Assembly (NCBI GenBank): GCA_965238175.1
Contig: CBDEGZ010000003.1
Location: forward strand, 1,792,001-1,856,000
Origin: Gammaproteobacteria bacterium
Lineage (GTDB): Bacteria; Pseudomonadota; Gammaproteobacteria; CAJXQU01
Direction of reading: 5' to 3'
DNA length: 64,000 bases
Positions 40,269 through 50,413 of this stretch are shown here, piece by piece (the first letter of the stretch is position 1; every line of letters begins with the position of its first letter). The notes beneath the pieces are model-generated. The model did not search any database, had not been told where the DNA came from, and was given only the letters and a program-made list of their open reading frames with translations. A program made the translations under genes and the position numbers.

Positions 40269-41774
40269 TTATGCTTTATCTCGATCAAGCCTGCGATAAG
40301 AAATTGCTTCTGTAAGGTGAACTGTCTGGATATGTTCTGAGTTTTCAAGATCCGCTATGGTTCTTGAAACTTTACGAATACGATTAATTGATCGCGCTGA
40401 TAAGTTTAGTTTTTGCATTGCTGATTGCAACAAGGTTTTATCCTTATCATATAAAGTACAAGTCTCTGTTAGTTCTTTTTCAGAGAGTAAGTGATTAGAT
40501 TTACCCTGACGAGATAGCTGACGATTTCTAGCATATTCAACTCTTTGTCGGATCGTATCACTTGTTTCTCCACTTGGCGCATCATCTAGCAATGCCGAGT
40601 CTTTAACGTTCATGACTTCGATGTGTAGATCAATTCTGTCCAGCAAAGGGCCAGAAATTTTTGATTGATAACGAAGGATTTGATCGGGACTACAATGACA
40701 ACGGCCGCCTTTATCACCATGATAACCACAAGGACAGGGATTCATTGCCGCAACCATCTGAAAACTTGCAGGAAATCTGGCTTGATGCGCTGCTCGTGAA
40801 ATATTGATATGGCCTGTTTCTAGCGGCTCTCGCAAGACTTCGAGCACTTTTCGATCAAATTCTGGAAGCTCGTCTAAAAATAATACGCCATTGTGCGACA
40901 GAGAAATTTCGCCGGGCTTAGGTTGACTGCCTCCCCCGACCAACGCAACAGCTGAAGTTGTATGGTGAGGAGATCTAAAAGGTCGTTGTTTCCAATTTTC
41001 GGTAGACAGATTTTGCGTGATCGACGCAATAGAGGCTGTTTCGATTGCTTCCTCTTCAGTCATTTCGGGTAATATACCGGGCAAGCGACTAGCAAGCATG
41101 GTTTTACCGGTACCAGGAGGCCCAATAAACAATAGGTTATGACCACCAGCAGCTGCAATTTCTAACGCACGTTTAGCATGTTGTTGGCCCTTCACATCAG
41201 AAAGATCTGGTATGTTTTCAGGTTCTGCGTTTTTTTTCATGTGTGAATATTCGGGAATCACATTAGATTGATCAAGATGTGCACAAACATCGAGCAGATG
41301 TTTAGCCGGATTAATGATAGCTCCTTTAATCAGCGAGGCTTCTTCAGCATTTTCTAACGGTAAGGTGATGGGGCGATCTGCATTTTTTGCTGCAATGGTA
41401 AAGGGGAGTACGCCAGGAATAGAGCGTAATTCACCGGTTAAGGCAAGTTCACCGACAAATTCTCGCAGGATCAGATTTTCTTTTGGGATTTGATCAGAGG
41501 CGGCAAGAATACCTAAAGCGATGGGTAAATCATAGCGTCCACCTTGTTTAGGTAAATCAGCGGGAGCCAGATTGATTGTTATGCGTTTTAGTGGAAAATC
41601 GAAACGGCTGTTGATAATTGCACTTCTAACTCGGTCTTTGCTTTCTTTTACGGTCGCTTCGGGTAATCCAACGATAGATAAACTAGGTAAGCCATTAGAA
41701 AGGTGAACTTCGATTGTGACGAGTGGAGCTTCAACTCCTAACTGTGCACGACTATAGACAATGGCAATGCTCAT
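40269..41774 (-). CDS. comM: YifB/ComM Mg-chelatase-like AAA+ ATPase
   Basis: ITINLAPA, GPPGTGKT, RSPHH, LFLDE and NPCPCG motifs. Confidence 0.94.
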   Translation of the reverse strand: MSIAIVYSRAQLGVEAPLVTIEVHLSNGLPSLSIVGLPEATVKESKDRVRSAIINSRFDFPLKRITINLAPADLPKQGGRYDLPIALGILAASDQIPKENLILREFVGELALTGELRSIPGVLPFTIAAKNADRPITLPLENAEEASLIKGAIINPAKHLLDVCAHLDQSNVIPEYSHMKKNAEPENIPDLSDVKGQQHAKRALEIAAAGGHNLLFIGPPGTGKTMLASRLPGILPEMTEEEAIETASIASITQNLSTENWKQRPFRSPHHTTSAVALVGGGSQPKPGEISLSHNGVLFLDELPEFDRKVLEVLREPLETGHINISRAAHQARFPASFQMVAAMNPCPCGYHGDKGGRCHCSPDQILRYQSKISGPLLDRIDLHIEVMNVKDSALLDDAPSGETSDTIRQRVEYARNRQLSRQGKSNHLLSEKELTETCTLYDKDKTLLQSAMQKLNLSARSINRIRKVSRTIADLENSEHIQTVHLTEAISYRRLDRDKA

Positions 41775-41808
41775 ACATGCTTCCTTCCTTGGAAATGTTA
41801 TTTAGGAT

Positions 41809-42057
41809 TTAATCTTTAGTTCCTGATTCTAATTCTTCCAGACGTTTTTCAAGTTGTTCAAGCCTCGTGCGCGTTCTAGTGAGTAGTTCTGTTTGAATTT
41901 GAAAGTCTTCACGAGTGACAAGATCCATTCTTTCAAGTGCTGACGCTAAACCTGTGCGTAAATTATTTTTAAGATCATCTGCTAAGGCTTTACCACCTGA
42001 AGGTAATGAAGAGGTGATTTTTTCAGCAAGTGACTCAATTGTTGTTGTATTTATCAT
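41809..42057 (-). CDS. ubiK: Ubiquinone biosynthesis accessory factor UbiK (YqiC)
   Basis: MDLVTREDF..Q..LL.RTR..LE.LE; usual synteny with comM and glnK. Start set at MINT. Confidence 0.88.
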   Translation of the reverse strand: MINTTTIESLAEKITSSLPSGGKALADDLKNNLRTGLASALERMDLVTREDFQIQTELLTRTRTRLEQLEKRLEELESGTKD

Positions 42058-42112
42058 ATCTTTCTTCGTTGTTGTGCGTATATGCACTATATCACGAGTT
42101 AGTAATTCTAAA

Positions 42113-42158
42113 AGCTCACCTTGGGTGCAAAATTATTCTGCTGCACTAATTTAGTGCA
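42113..42158. promoter_or_regulatory. Tandem NtrC binding sites
   Basis: AGCTCACCTTGGGTGCA (42113-42129) and TGCACTAATTTAGTGCA (42142-42158) versus TGCACC-N5-GGTGCA. Confidence 0.78.
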
Positions 42159-42222
42159 TATGAATTGCTTATGATAGATTTGAGAACAAGCTATCTAATT
42201 GAATTAGATGGAAATATAGGTT

Positions 42223-42238
42223 TGGCATGGATAGTGCT
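42223..42238 (+). promoter_or_regulatory. Sigma54 promoter of the porin-glnK-amtB operon
   Basis: TGGCAT-GGATA-GTGCT (GG-N10-GC) downstream of the NtrC sites. Confidence 0.78.
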
Positions 42239-42326
42239 CAAATTAAAACGTGACACTGAGTATCAGTTTAGTGAAACACTTTTTTTTAATTAATGGTACT
42301 AAATCTTGGTAAGAGGGGATTTAAAA

Positions 42327-43061
42327 ATGAAAAATTTAACAAAAACTTTAATCACAGGTGCTTTATTGAGCACAAGTCTATTAACCCATGCCGAAAGTCC
42401 ACATGAATTCAGCGGCAATGTTGCTGTGACAACAGACTACGTATTCCGTGGTATTTCTCAATCGAATGAAGATCCGGCTTTATCTGGTGGGTTTGATTAC
42501 GCACATGAGTCCGGTATTTATGCCGGTTTCTGGGCTTCAAGTATTGAGTTTAATACGGCGGGTAATTCTGATGATGCGTCAACCGAAATGGATTATTACC
42601 TTGGATACGGTGGTGAGTTTGCTGGTACGGGTATTAGTTTTGATATTGGAGGACTTTACTTTGCCTATCCTGATCAGAACGAAGATACGGGTGCAGATTT
42701 TGACTATTATGAAATCTATGGTTCCGTTGGATATAGCTTCAACGACACAGTAAGTACAGGGCTATATGTTGCTTATTCACCTGATTTCTTTGGAGAAGAT
42801 GATCGTGGTATCTATGTCGCAGCTAATTTTGATCTTGCCTTACCACAAAACTTCGGATTGTCATTTATTGTCGGTCACCAAGATGTTGAAGGTGATAAAT
42901 CTTCAACAGGGTTTGATTATTCACATTGGTCGCTTGGCCTGGCAAAAGAAGTGGGTATTTTTGGTTTTGATCTGACTTATCACGACACTTTCAGTAGAAA
43001 TGATATTGATGGAGATGCTTTGGATTCGAGACTAGTCTTTACCGTATCAAGTAGTTGGTAG
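42327..43061 (+). CDS. TorF/Gcw_chp-family putative porin
   Basis: Signal peptide, TDYVFRGISQ, P.LSGGFDY, G.WASS and EMDYY.GY motifs; upstream of glnK. Confidence 0.87.
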   Translation: MKNLTKTLITGALLSTSLLTHAESPHEFSGNVAVTTDYVFRGISQSNEDPALSGGFDYAHESGIYAGFWASSIEFNTAGNSDDASTEMDYYLGYGGEFAGTGISFDIGGLYFAYPDQNEDTGADFDYYEIYGSVGYSFNDTVSTGLYVAYSPDFFGEDDRGIYVAANFDLALPQNFGLSFIVGHQDVEGDKSSTGFDYSHWSLGLAKEVGIFGFDLTYHDTFSRNDIDGDALDSRLVFTVSSSW

Positions 43062-43071
43062 CTCTAAACAT

Positions 43072-43096
43072 AAGCCTCGTTTAGTCGGGGCTTTTT
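43072..43096 (+). terminator. Stem-loop/intrinsic terminator after the porin gene
   Basis: AAGCCTCG-TTTAGT-CGGGGCTT followed by a T run. Confidence 0.65.
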
Positions 43097-43141
43097 ATTT
43101 TTAAAAAACTTATTGATAGAAATTAATAATGGAGGAGCTGA

Positions 43142-43483
<342 letters not shown>

Positions 43484-43507
43484 ACAGTTCGGAGGAGAAT
43501 AAAAAAA

Positions 43508-44767
43508 ATGGAAAATCAAATATTTGAATTGCAGTATGCACTGGATACTTTTTACTTTCTGGTGATGGGTGCTTTTGTTATGTGGATGGCTGCAGGCTTT
43601 GCAATGCTCGAAGCAGGTCTGGTTAGAGCAAAGAATACAACTGAAATTTTAACCAAAAATATCGCTCTCTATGCAGTGGCCAGTACTATGTACATGATAT
43701 GTGGATATTATTTTATGTACGACGGTGGATTACTTTTATCAGGTGTAGAAACGGTCGCTTCACTTGATGTTGAGGCAGCGCTTGCAACATCTGTCGAAAA
43801 TGGTTTCGATGGAGATTCTGTATATTCCGGTGCATCTGACTTCTTTTTCCAGGTAGTTTTTGCTGGCGCCGCGATGTCGATTGTATCTGGCGCGGTTGCT
43901 GAGCGTATGAAACTTTGGGCTTTTCTTACCTTTGCAGCTGTGATGACGGGTTTCATTTATCCCGTGCAGGGCGGGTGGACATGGGGCGGCAACGCGGTTC
44001 CTTTCATAGGTGAGTTGAGTTACAGCGATTATGCAGGCTCAGGTATCGTTCATATGGCCGGTGCGGCCGCTGCGCTCGCAGGTGTGTTACTGCTTGGGCC
44101 ACGAAAAGGTAAGTACGGTCCTAATGGGCAAGTGAATCCAATCCCAGGTGCAAACCTGCCAATGGCAACGTTAGGGACCTTTATTCTGTGGATGGGATGG
44201 TTTGGTTTCAATGGTGGTTCTACCCTGAAACTCGGTGGTATTGCGGCATCAAATGAAATTGCAAATGTATTCCTGAATACAAATGCCGCAGCAGCAGGTG
44301 GTTTGATAGCAGCATTGATTCTCGCACGGATCTTATTTGGAAAAGCAGATTTAACCATGGCACTGAATGGTGCACTGGCTGGTCTGGTTGCGATTACAGC
44401 TGAACCGGCTGATCCAACACCATTGCTTGCTGCATTGATTGGTGGGACTGGTGGTCTGATTGTAGTCTTCAGTATCATTACATTGGATAAATTAAAAATT
44501 GATGACCCTGTAGGTGCGATTTCTGTACATGGTGTGGTTGGATTGTTTGGGATATTTGCAGTGCTATTTTCCGATGCAGAGGCAACCTTCATAGGACAGC
44601 TCACAGGTGCCATGGTAATTTTTATCTGGGTCTTTGTTACAAGCGTAATCGTCTGGTCTATTCTAAAAATAGTTATGGGTATAAGAGTCGATAAAGAAGA
44701 AGAGTCAGAAGGTGTTGATATAAGTGAGTGCGGTATGGAAGCGTATCCTGAATTCACACACCAATAA
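43508..44767 (+). CDS. amtB: Ammonium transporter
   Basis: FQ..FA, SGAVAER, DYAGSGIVH, WFGFNGG and DDPVGAISVHG (twin His). Confidence 0.95.
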   Translation: MENQIFELQYALDTFYFLVMGAFVMWMAAGFAMLEAGLVRAKNTTEILTKNIALYAVASTMYMICGYYFMYDGGLLLSGVETVASLDVEAALATSVENGFDGDSVYSGASDFFFQVVFAGAAMSIVSGAVAERMKLWAFLTFAAVMTGFIYPVQGGWTWGGNAVPFIGELSYSDYAGSGIVHMAGAAAALAGVLLLGPRKGKYGPNGQVNPIPGANLPMATLGTFILWMGWFGFNGGSTLKLGGIAASNEIANVFLNTNAAAAGGLIAALILARILFGKADLTMALNGALAGLVAITAEPADPTPLLAALIGGTGGLIVVFSIITLDKLKIDDPVGAISVHGVVGLFGIFAVLFSDAEATFIGQLTGAMVIFIWVFVTSVIVWSILKIVMGIRVDKEEESEGVDISECGMEAYPEFTHQ

Positions 44768-44811
44768 CCAATAGTCATCATTAAGAACTACCTCTTGCCG
44801 TAAAGGTATTA

Positions 44812-44837
44812 GGGGGTGCTTAGGCACCCCTTTTTTT
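44812..44837 (+). terminator. Intrinsic terminator after amtB
   Basis: GGGGTGC-TTAG-GCACCCC followed by TTTTTTT. Confidence 0.85.
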
Positions 44838-44911
44838 ATTCTTGATTGGGTTATTTGATTGCAAAGTACAGAAGAGAATTAAGAAGGAAAGCTAACAAGA
44901 TCTTTCTGAAA

Positions 44912-46075
44912 TCAATCAATTTGTTGATTAATAATCTCTTTAGAGTTTTTCATATTACGAAACACAAGGGGTTTTTCTTCTATCACTGGGTTGACCGCAT
45001 TCGCTTCAATACGACTGACATCATTTTGTAGCGTCTGATGGTTCACTGATTTACCACAAATAGGATCAGCATTGGTTGCATCACCCGTCAGCATATAAGC
45101 TTGGCAACGGCAGCCACCCAGATCAATTTCTTTTTCATCACAGCTACGGCAGGGTTCTTTCATCCAATCCATACCGCGAAACTTGTTAAAGTCGTTTGAC
45201 TCATTCCAGATATCTTGAATACTGAAATCACGAACATTGGGTAGCTCAAGTCCTGGTAATTGTCTTGCAGAGTGACAAGGGAGCGCAACGCCATCTGGTG
45301 CAATAGTTAGAAAGATATTGCCCCAACCATTCATACATTTTTTTGGACGATCTTCAAAATAATCGGGAACAACATAAATGATCTTCATCTGATCTTTCAT
45401 GCGTTCTTGATATTCATTTGCGACTTTTTCCGCACGCCCAAGTTGTTCACGCGTTGGAAGTAATTGCTCGATATTGTGTAATGACCAGCCATAATATTGT
45501 GTGCTGGCAAGTTCCACATAATCAGCTTTTAATTCGACAACCATATCGAGAATGTCGCGAATTTGATCAATATTCTGGCGATGGATAACAATGTTCAAGA
45601 CCATTGGATATTCGTACTTCTTAACTAAGCGCGCCATTTCCAATTTGTGTTCGAAAGATTTAGTACCACCAAGGAAATTATTTAATTCTTCATTACTGGC
45701 TTGAAAACTGATCTGAATGTGATCAAGGCCAGCTTCTTTAAAAGCTTTGATTCGATCCTCATCCATGCCAACACCTGAGGTGATCAGATTAGAGTAGAAA
45801 CCTAACTTTCGTGACTCGGCGATCAGTTCTTCAAGATCTTGTCGAACTAATGGTTCGCCACCCGAAAAACCGATCTGTGCAGCTCCCATAGAACGGGCTT
45901 GTCGCATAACGCGTATCCAGTCATCAGTCGAAAGTTCATTTTTATAGGCCGCAATATCGGTAGGGTTAGAGCAATAAGGACATTGAAGTGGGCATTTATA
46001 AGTCAATTCAGCCAACAACCAAAGTGGTGGCGTGAGTTTATGACCCGCTTGATTAAACTGTTCTGATCCAGCCAT
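44912..46075 (-). CDS. pqqE: PqqE radical SAM peptide cyclase
   Basis: [23 protein letters not shown] and SPASM cysteines; start reset to ATG 46075. Confidence 0.96.
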   Translation of the reverse strand: MAGSEQFNQAGHKLTPPLWLLAELTYKCPLQCPYCSNPTDIAAYKNELSTDDWIRVMRQARSMGAAQIGFSGGEPLVRQDLEELIAESRKLGFYSNLITSGVGMDEDRIKAFKEAGLDHIQISFQASNEELNNFLGGTKSFEHKLEMARLVKKYEYPMVLNIVIHRQNIDQIRDILDMVVELKADYVELASTQYYGWSLHNIEQLLPTREQLGRAEKVANEYQERMKDQMKIIYVVPDYFEDRPKKCMNGWGNIFLTIAPDGVALPCHSARQLPGLELPNVRDFSIQDIWNESNDFNKFRGMDWMKEPCRSCDEKEIDLGGCRCQAYMLTGDATNADPICGKSVNHQTLQNDVSRIEANAVNPVIEEKPLVFRNMKNSKEIINQQID

Positions 46076-46331
46076 TTTGCTTTGACACCTCAAATAATTG
46101 CAGTACATCGTCTTTTAGATCGGCACCTTCAAATTGCACCTCTAAATCTTTAATAATGTCACCGATAGATTTTTTACCATCAACACGTTTTAAGGATTCA
46201 CCTGCACTTTGGCTGAGCTTGACCATGCCTTCTGGGTAAAGAATGACAAACGCATCTTGTACTTCTTCCCATTGCAATCTAAACATGGGTGCAATCTCGG
46301 GGATATTTTCTAGGGTAAGTTGTTCGCTCAT
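46053..46331 (-). CDS. pqqD: PqqD peptide chaperone
   Basis: [18 protein letters not shown] motif. Confidence 0.94.
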   Translation of the reverse strand: MSEQLTLENIPEIAPMFRLQWEEVQDAFVILYPEGMVKLSQSAGESLKRVDGKKSIGDIIKDLEVQFEGADLKDDVLQLFEVSKQNGWIRTV

Positions 46332-46339
46332 AATGTTCC

Positions 46340-47095
46340 TTATAGGATTAGGCTACCAATTTGATCAGGATCTTCGCAGTTGTGGAAAGGTGGTTTCTTT
46401 TCTATATAAGCCATCCACATGCAATCTAACATTGTCCATAGAATATTGAGCTTAAATTGTAAGACTCTCAACATAAATTCCTGTTCTTCACGTGTTTTAT
46501 AATGATCTAAAGTGACATCAAGACCATGTTGTACATCGCGGCGGGCTTCGCTGAGTCGCTTACGGAAATAGTGATAACCTCTTTCATCGATCCAGGGATA
46601 AAACTCTGGCCATTTGTCGAGTCTTTTTTGATGAATTTTTGGGGCAAAAAGTTCTGTCAGTGATGAACTTGCTGCAATTTCCCAAGGTTGTTGTTTTGCA
46701 AAATTGATATAAGCATCGATGGCAAACTTCACACCGGGTAATAAAAATTTATGTGATTTTAGATCTTCACGTGATAAGCCAACAGCTTCACCAAGTAATA
46801 ACCAAGCTTCAATTCCACCATCATCACCTTCGGTACCATCGTGATCAATAATACGTTGTGCCCATTGACGACGGGTGTCTCGATCCCAACAGTTGGACAT
46901 GATTGCTGCGTCTTTGACCGGGATGGCTTCTTGATAATAAAAACGGTTTGCTACCCAACCCTGGATCGCTGTTTTATCAAGTTTGCCGTTATTCATTAAA
47001 ATGTGGAATTCGTGATTAATATGATAATACTTTTCCTTATCACGGAGTTTTTGTTCAAACTCTTCTCTTGTCCAAGGTGTGTTGTCTGTGCTCAT
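46340..47095 (-). CDS. pqqC: PqqC PQQ synthase
   Basis: [21 protein letters not shown] and SSLTELFAP motifs. Confidence 0.96.
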   Translation of the reverse strand: MSTDNTPWTREEFEQKLRDKEKYYHINHEFHILMNNGKLDKTAIQGWVANRFYYQEAIPVKDAAIMSNCWDRDTRRQWAQRIIDHDGTEGDDGGIEAWLLLGEAVGLSREDLKSHKFLLPGVKFAIDAYINFAKQQPWEIAASSSLTELFAPKIHQKRLDKWPEFYPWIDERGYHYFRKRLSEARRDVQHGLDVTLDHYKTREEQEFMLRVLQFKLNILWTMLDCMWMAYIEKKPPFHNCEDPDQIGSLIL

Positions 47096-47104
47096 TTGTA
47101 TTCC

Positions 47105-48019
47105 TTATAGGATCAAATCCATACCATCGAAAGAAACTTCTATATCGGCTTCATTCAGCTGACGTCTTTCGTCTGACGCTTCATCAAGAATTGGGTTGGT
47201 GTTGTTTATATGGATCAGAATTTTTCGCGTAGAGTCTAGCTTAGAAAGGGTCTCTTTGATTCCACCTTTATCATTTTGCGAAAGGTGTCCCATTTCACTG
47301 GCAAGTTTATTACTAATCCCTTCTTTGGACATTTCATCATTAGTCCAAACGGTTCCATCGACTAATACCGCATCGGCTTGATCCATGTAATTGAAAACGT
47401 GATCTTCAATAACGCCGAGTCCTGGTGCATAAAATACGGACTTTCCAGTGTTTAAATCCTCGATCAATAAGCCAATATTATCGCCAGGAACTGTGTTGTG
47501 ACGATGTGGCGAATAGGGTGGTGCTTCGCTTTTAAGCGGCACACTGGTGAAGCGTAATCCTTCGGCTTGGGAGATTGTGAAAGAAGACATATCCGGCATC
47601 ACTTCATGCCAGTTTACGCCGCGAAAGTGACCAAGGATATTGAAGATCGGGTAGCCTGTTGTCATGTCTTCGTGAACTTCTTTTGTGCAATAAATATCCC
47701 AGGGTTTGTCGTGCTCTCTGAGAATCAATAATCCTGTTGAATGATCAATTTGCGCATCAGTAATTATTATCGAACAAATGCCAGTATCTCTAACCTTTCG
47801 AGCAGGTTGCAGTGGTGAGAATGATTCGATTTGCGCGCGTATATCGGGCGAGGCATTGATCAGTACCCAGTTTTCACCGTCAGCGCTGACTGTAATTGAT
47901 GACTGTGTTCTAGCGACGCATTTAACCTCGCCAGATCGTACTCCGCTACAGTTTTTGCAGTTGCAATTCCACTGTGGAAAGCCACCGCCCGCGCCAGAGC
48001 CTAAAATCCTTATATGCAT
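47105..48019 (-). CDS. pqqB: PqqB
   Basis: GAGGGFPQWNC.C..C, RTQSS and HINNTNP motifs. Confidence 0.96.
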   Translation of the reverse strand: MHIRILGSGAGGGFPQWNCNCKNCSGVRSGEVKCVARTQSSITVSADGENWVLINASPDIRAQIESFSPLQPARKVRDTGICSIIITDAQIDHSTGLLILREHDKPWDIYCTKEVHEDMTTGYPIFNILGHFRGVNWHEVMPDMSSFTISQAEGLRFTSVPLKSEAPPYSPHRHNTVPGDNIGLLIEDLNTGKSVFYAPGLGVIEDHVFNYMDQADAVLVDGTVWTNDEMSKEGISNKLASEMGHLSQNDKGGIKETLSKLDSTRKILIHINNTNPILDEASDERRQLNEADIEVSFDGMDLIL

Positions 48020-48077
48020 GATGTGTGTTATTTATTTTGATTGAGAAAAACGGTGAAAGTACTAGAAACAATAAGGT

Positions 48078-48109
48078 AAAAAAGGGAGAAGTGATGGACA
48101 CTTCTCCCT
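48078..48109 (-). terminator. Stem-loop between pqqA and pqqB
   Basis: Minus strand AGGGAGAAGTG-TCCAT-CACTTCTCCCT followed by a T run. Confidence 0.85.
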
Positions 48110-48118
48110 GATCAAATT

Positions 48119-48193
48119 TTAACGATTCATGATGTACATTGTTACTTCAAAACCGAATCGTAGATCTTCATATGCTGGAGTTTCCCATTTCAT
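48119..48193 (-). CDS. pqqA: PQQ precursor peptide (24 aa; not in ORF track)
   Basis: MKWETPAYEDLRFGFEVTMYIMNR* with the ExxxY motif; AGGAGG RBS upstream; directly upstream of pqqB. Confidence 0.97.
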   Translation of the reverse strand: MKWETPAYEDLRFGFEVTMYIMNR

Positions 48194-48259
48194 GATAATT
48201 ACCTCCTAAAGGTATGTTAATTAAAATTTGACCACAGTTTTTTGTAGTCTCCCTTTACA

Positions 48260-48276
48260 TGGCATTGTTTATGCCA
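48260..48276. promoter_or_regulatory. Palindromic sigma54-like element upstream of pqqA
   Basis: TGGCATTGTTTATGCCA reads TGGCAT-N5-ATGC on both strands. Confidence 0.55.
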
Positions 48277-48381
48277 GTTTTTTGTCGAAAGTTGAAAGGT
48301 TAAATAAAAGATTTGTAAAACAATAAGATAACATTATTGAGACGTTGTAAAGAGGCTTGTTCTTATGGCACGAAGAGGTTG

Positions 48382-48424
48382 CGAATGGTTCTCTTACAAC
48401 CAGCCGAATGGTTCATTACAACCA
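48382..48424 (+). repeat. Tandem direct repeat (candidate regulator sites)
   Basis: CGAATGGTTCTCTTACAACCA (48382-48402) and CGAATGGTTCATTACAACCA (48405-48424). Confidence 0.7.
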
Positions 48425-48639
48425 ATCGTAATTAGCAGATAGACTCATGAAGTTTTATTCTACTTGATACTGTTTGTTAGCGATAAAAATACAGCTTGTT
48501 CATCTGTAATGTATTTGTAGTATTGAATTAACACACTAGTCATTTTTCGCGAGTTTAATGTTCATGTCAGCTTAATGCATTAGGGAGTAGATATTTCTAG
48601 GGAACTGGCATCTATATAACAAAGCTCTATGGAGAACTC

Positions 48640-50274
48640 ATGAAAAAACTAACAGTATCATTATTGTCTGCAAGTATTTTTGCGGCAGTTTCACAAGTAT
48701 CTGTAGCAGGTACAGATATTTATTTCACACCTTTAACCCATTCAGCACCAACGGCGACGGTTGTTGCGGATAGGGATGGAGTTAAAAACACACACTTCAA
48801 TGAAGTTAACCATCCATGGCGTGCACCTGCAGGTGTCAGTCAGGTAAATTTAACGAGTATGAGCGAGATTGAGGCTGACATCATGCAATCTGTCGTTCGT
48901 GTTGATGGTTTAGGAACTGGTGCTTCTATGTGGGATATGGTTGCATTTGACCATACGGGTAAATATATCTTTATACCTCATGAAACAGCAATGGGGGCTG
49001 GTGTAACCCGTTATGACATCGAGAATGATAAAGCCGAAGTTTTATTCTCAGGTGATGCAAAAGGTGTTCGTGGTGTCGATGCTAACTGGGAAAATGATTG
49101 GGGTGCTTTTGATCCAGCAACCTATACACCAAACAGTACTTTGCTGCTTGGTGAAGAGTGGTCCGGTCAAGGTCGTCTAATGGAAGTAACGAATCCAATG
49201 GCTGATCCAGCAGATATTAAAGTGCGTGAGCTGGATGTAGTACCTAATGTTGCTCATGAAGGTCTACGATTTAATAAGAGAGGCAAAACGTTGTATTTTG
49301 TTGATGAATATAATTCAGGTTCACTCTATAAAATAGTTTTCAACAAAAAACGTAATTATGCCAGGGGTGGACAGGTTTATGTTCTATCTGTTGATGCCTT
49401 CAAAGGTGATTCATCCGAATACTGGAATGCTGAAGTAAATGCCACAGAGGCTCGAACGGGGCGTGCTACCTGGATACCTATGACGGATAGCAATGGCTAT
49501 AAGTTGACAGACATTGATCCATTCAAAAATGGTATCTCAAGTACATGTGACAACCCTGATACTTTTGGTGGTCGTTGTGCTGCTGATGAATTGGGAGCGA
49601 CTCCTTTTGGTCGCCCAGAAGATATGGAAGTGGGCAAATTACGTAACCGTAATGAAGTGGTTTACTTCACCGCAACTTCAGAAAGAACGGTTTATTCCGT
49701 TGAAGAAACGGGGGGCAACTCCGCCTATGTTCGTGTTTTTGCTAGCGATGAATCAACCCCTAAGAATCTGGGGCATCCAGCAACAACTGCTGTTATGAAC
49801 TCTCCAGATAATCTGGCGCAAGATGCTCTGGGTAATATCTATGTGATTGAAGACGCCCCAAACAGCAGTAACATTGGTGGTGACATCTGGTTTGTTAGAG
49901 ACACAAATACAGATGGCGTTGCCGAGTCTTTGGATCATTTTTTGAGTTTATCTGCTGATGGTGCTGAGCATACCGGTATGATCTTTAACCCTGCAAACGC
50001 AACACAATTTGTTGTTACGGTTCAACATCCAGATAGTACAAATCTAAATATTTACGAACAAGGTTTTGGTGATTCTCTGTGGATGTTTGATATTGCTGAG
50101 GTATATCCAACGCGTTGTAATGAGTACTCAGTTCGTGCTCGAGGTGTGAAAAACTGCGAATATGGTAGCGATAACAATTTTGTTGATAAGTTAGAAGAAA
50201 AAGGTCGTAAAAAGTATCGACGTGATCTTCGAAAACATAGAAAACATGTTAAACGACATTCGAATAATCATTAA
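48640..50274 (+). CDS. PhoX-like (DUF839) exported beta-propeller phosphatase
   Basis: Signal peptide, PHE, GEE, HEG, VDE, FGRPED, SPDNL, IED, GAEHTG and VQHP motifs. Confidence 0.75.
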   Translation: MKKLTVSLLSASIFAAVSQVSVAGTDIYFTPLTHSAPTATVVADRDGVKNTHFNEVNHPWRAPAGVSQVNLTSMSEIEADIMQSVVRVDGLGTGASMWDMVAFDHTGKYIFIPHETAMGAGVTRYDIENDKAEVLFSGDAKGVRGVDANWENDWGAFDPATYTPNSTLLLGEEWSGQGRLMEVTNPMADPADIKVRELDVVPNVAHEGLRFNKRGKTLYFVDEYNSGSLYKIVFNKKRNYARGGQVYVLSVDAFKGDSSEYWNAEVNATEARTGRATWIPMTDSNGYKLTDIDPFKNGISSTCDNPDTFGGRCAADELGATPFGRPEDMEVGKLRNRNEVVYFTATSERTVYSVEETGGNSAYVRVFASDESTPKNLGHPATTAVMNSPDNLAQDALGNIYVIEDAPNSSNIGGDIWFVRDTNTDGVAESLDHFLSLSADGAEHTGMIFNPANATQFVVTVQHPDSTNLNIYEQGFGDSLWMFDIAEVYPTRCNEYSVRARGVKNCEYGSDNNFVDKLEEKGRKKYRRDLRKHRKHVKRHSNNH

Positions 50275-50335
50275 CGCTGAGTTGAATTTATGAGGTGGTA
50301 TAACTCATATAACTTAATGTTTTCTTGCTTCACTT

Positions 50336-50363
50336 AAAGCGCCTGTTTCTAGCAGGCGCTTTT
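50336..50363 (+). terminator. Stem-loop between the PhoX-like gene and the cytochrome gene
   Basis: AAAGCGCCTG-TTTCTAG-CAGGCGCTTTT. Confidence 0.75.
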
Positions 50364-50413
50364 CTTAAGTTTATAAAAAACAAATTCTATTATTTTTCAT
50401 ATAAGGAACTTCT

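Noticed and set aside
44050-44781. Long antisense ORF (243 aa) over amtB, and similar shadow ORFs such as 6496-7047, 24365-24787 and 59573-60103
   Set aside because: They lie within well-supported genes, carry no motifs, and reflect codon bias of the real frame.
48366-48382. Sigma54 promoter TGGCAC-GAAGAGG-TTGC
   Set aside because: The spacer is 7 nt rather than the required 5.
48382-48424. CRISPR array
   Set aside because: Only two repeats with a 2-nt gap; no spacers or cas genes.
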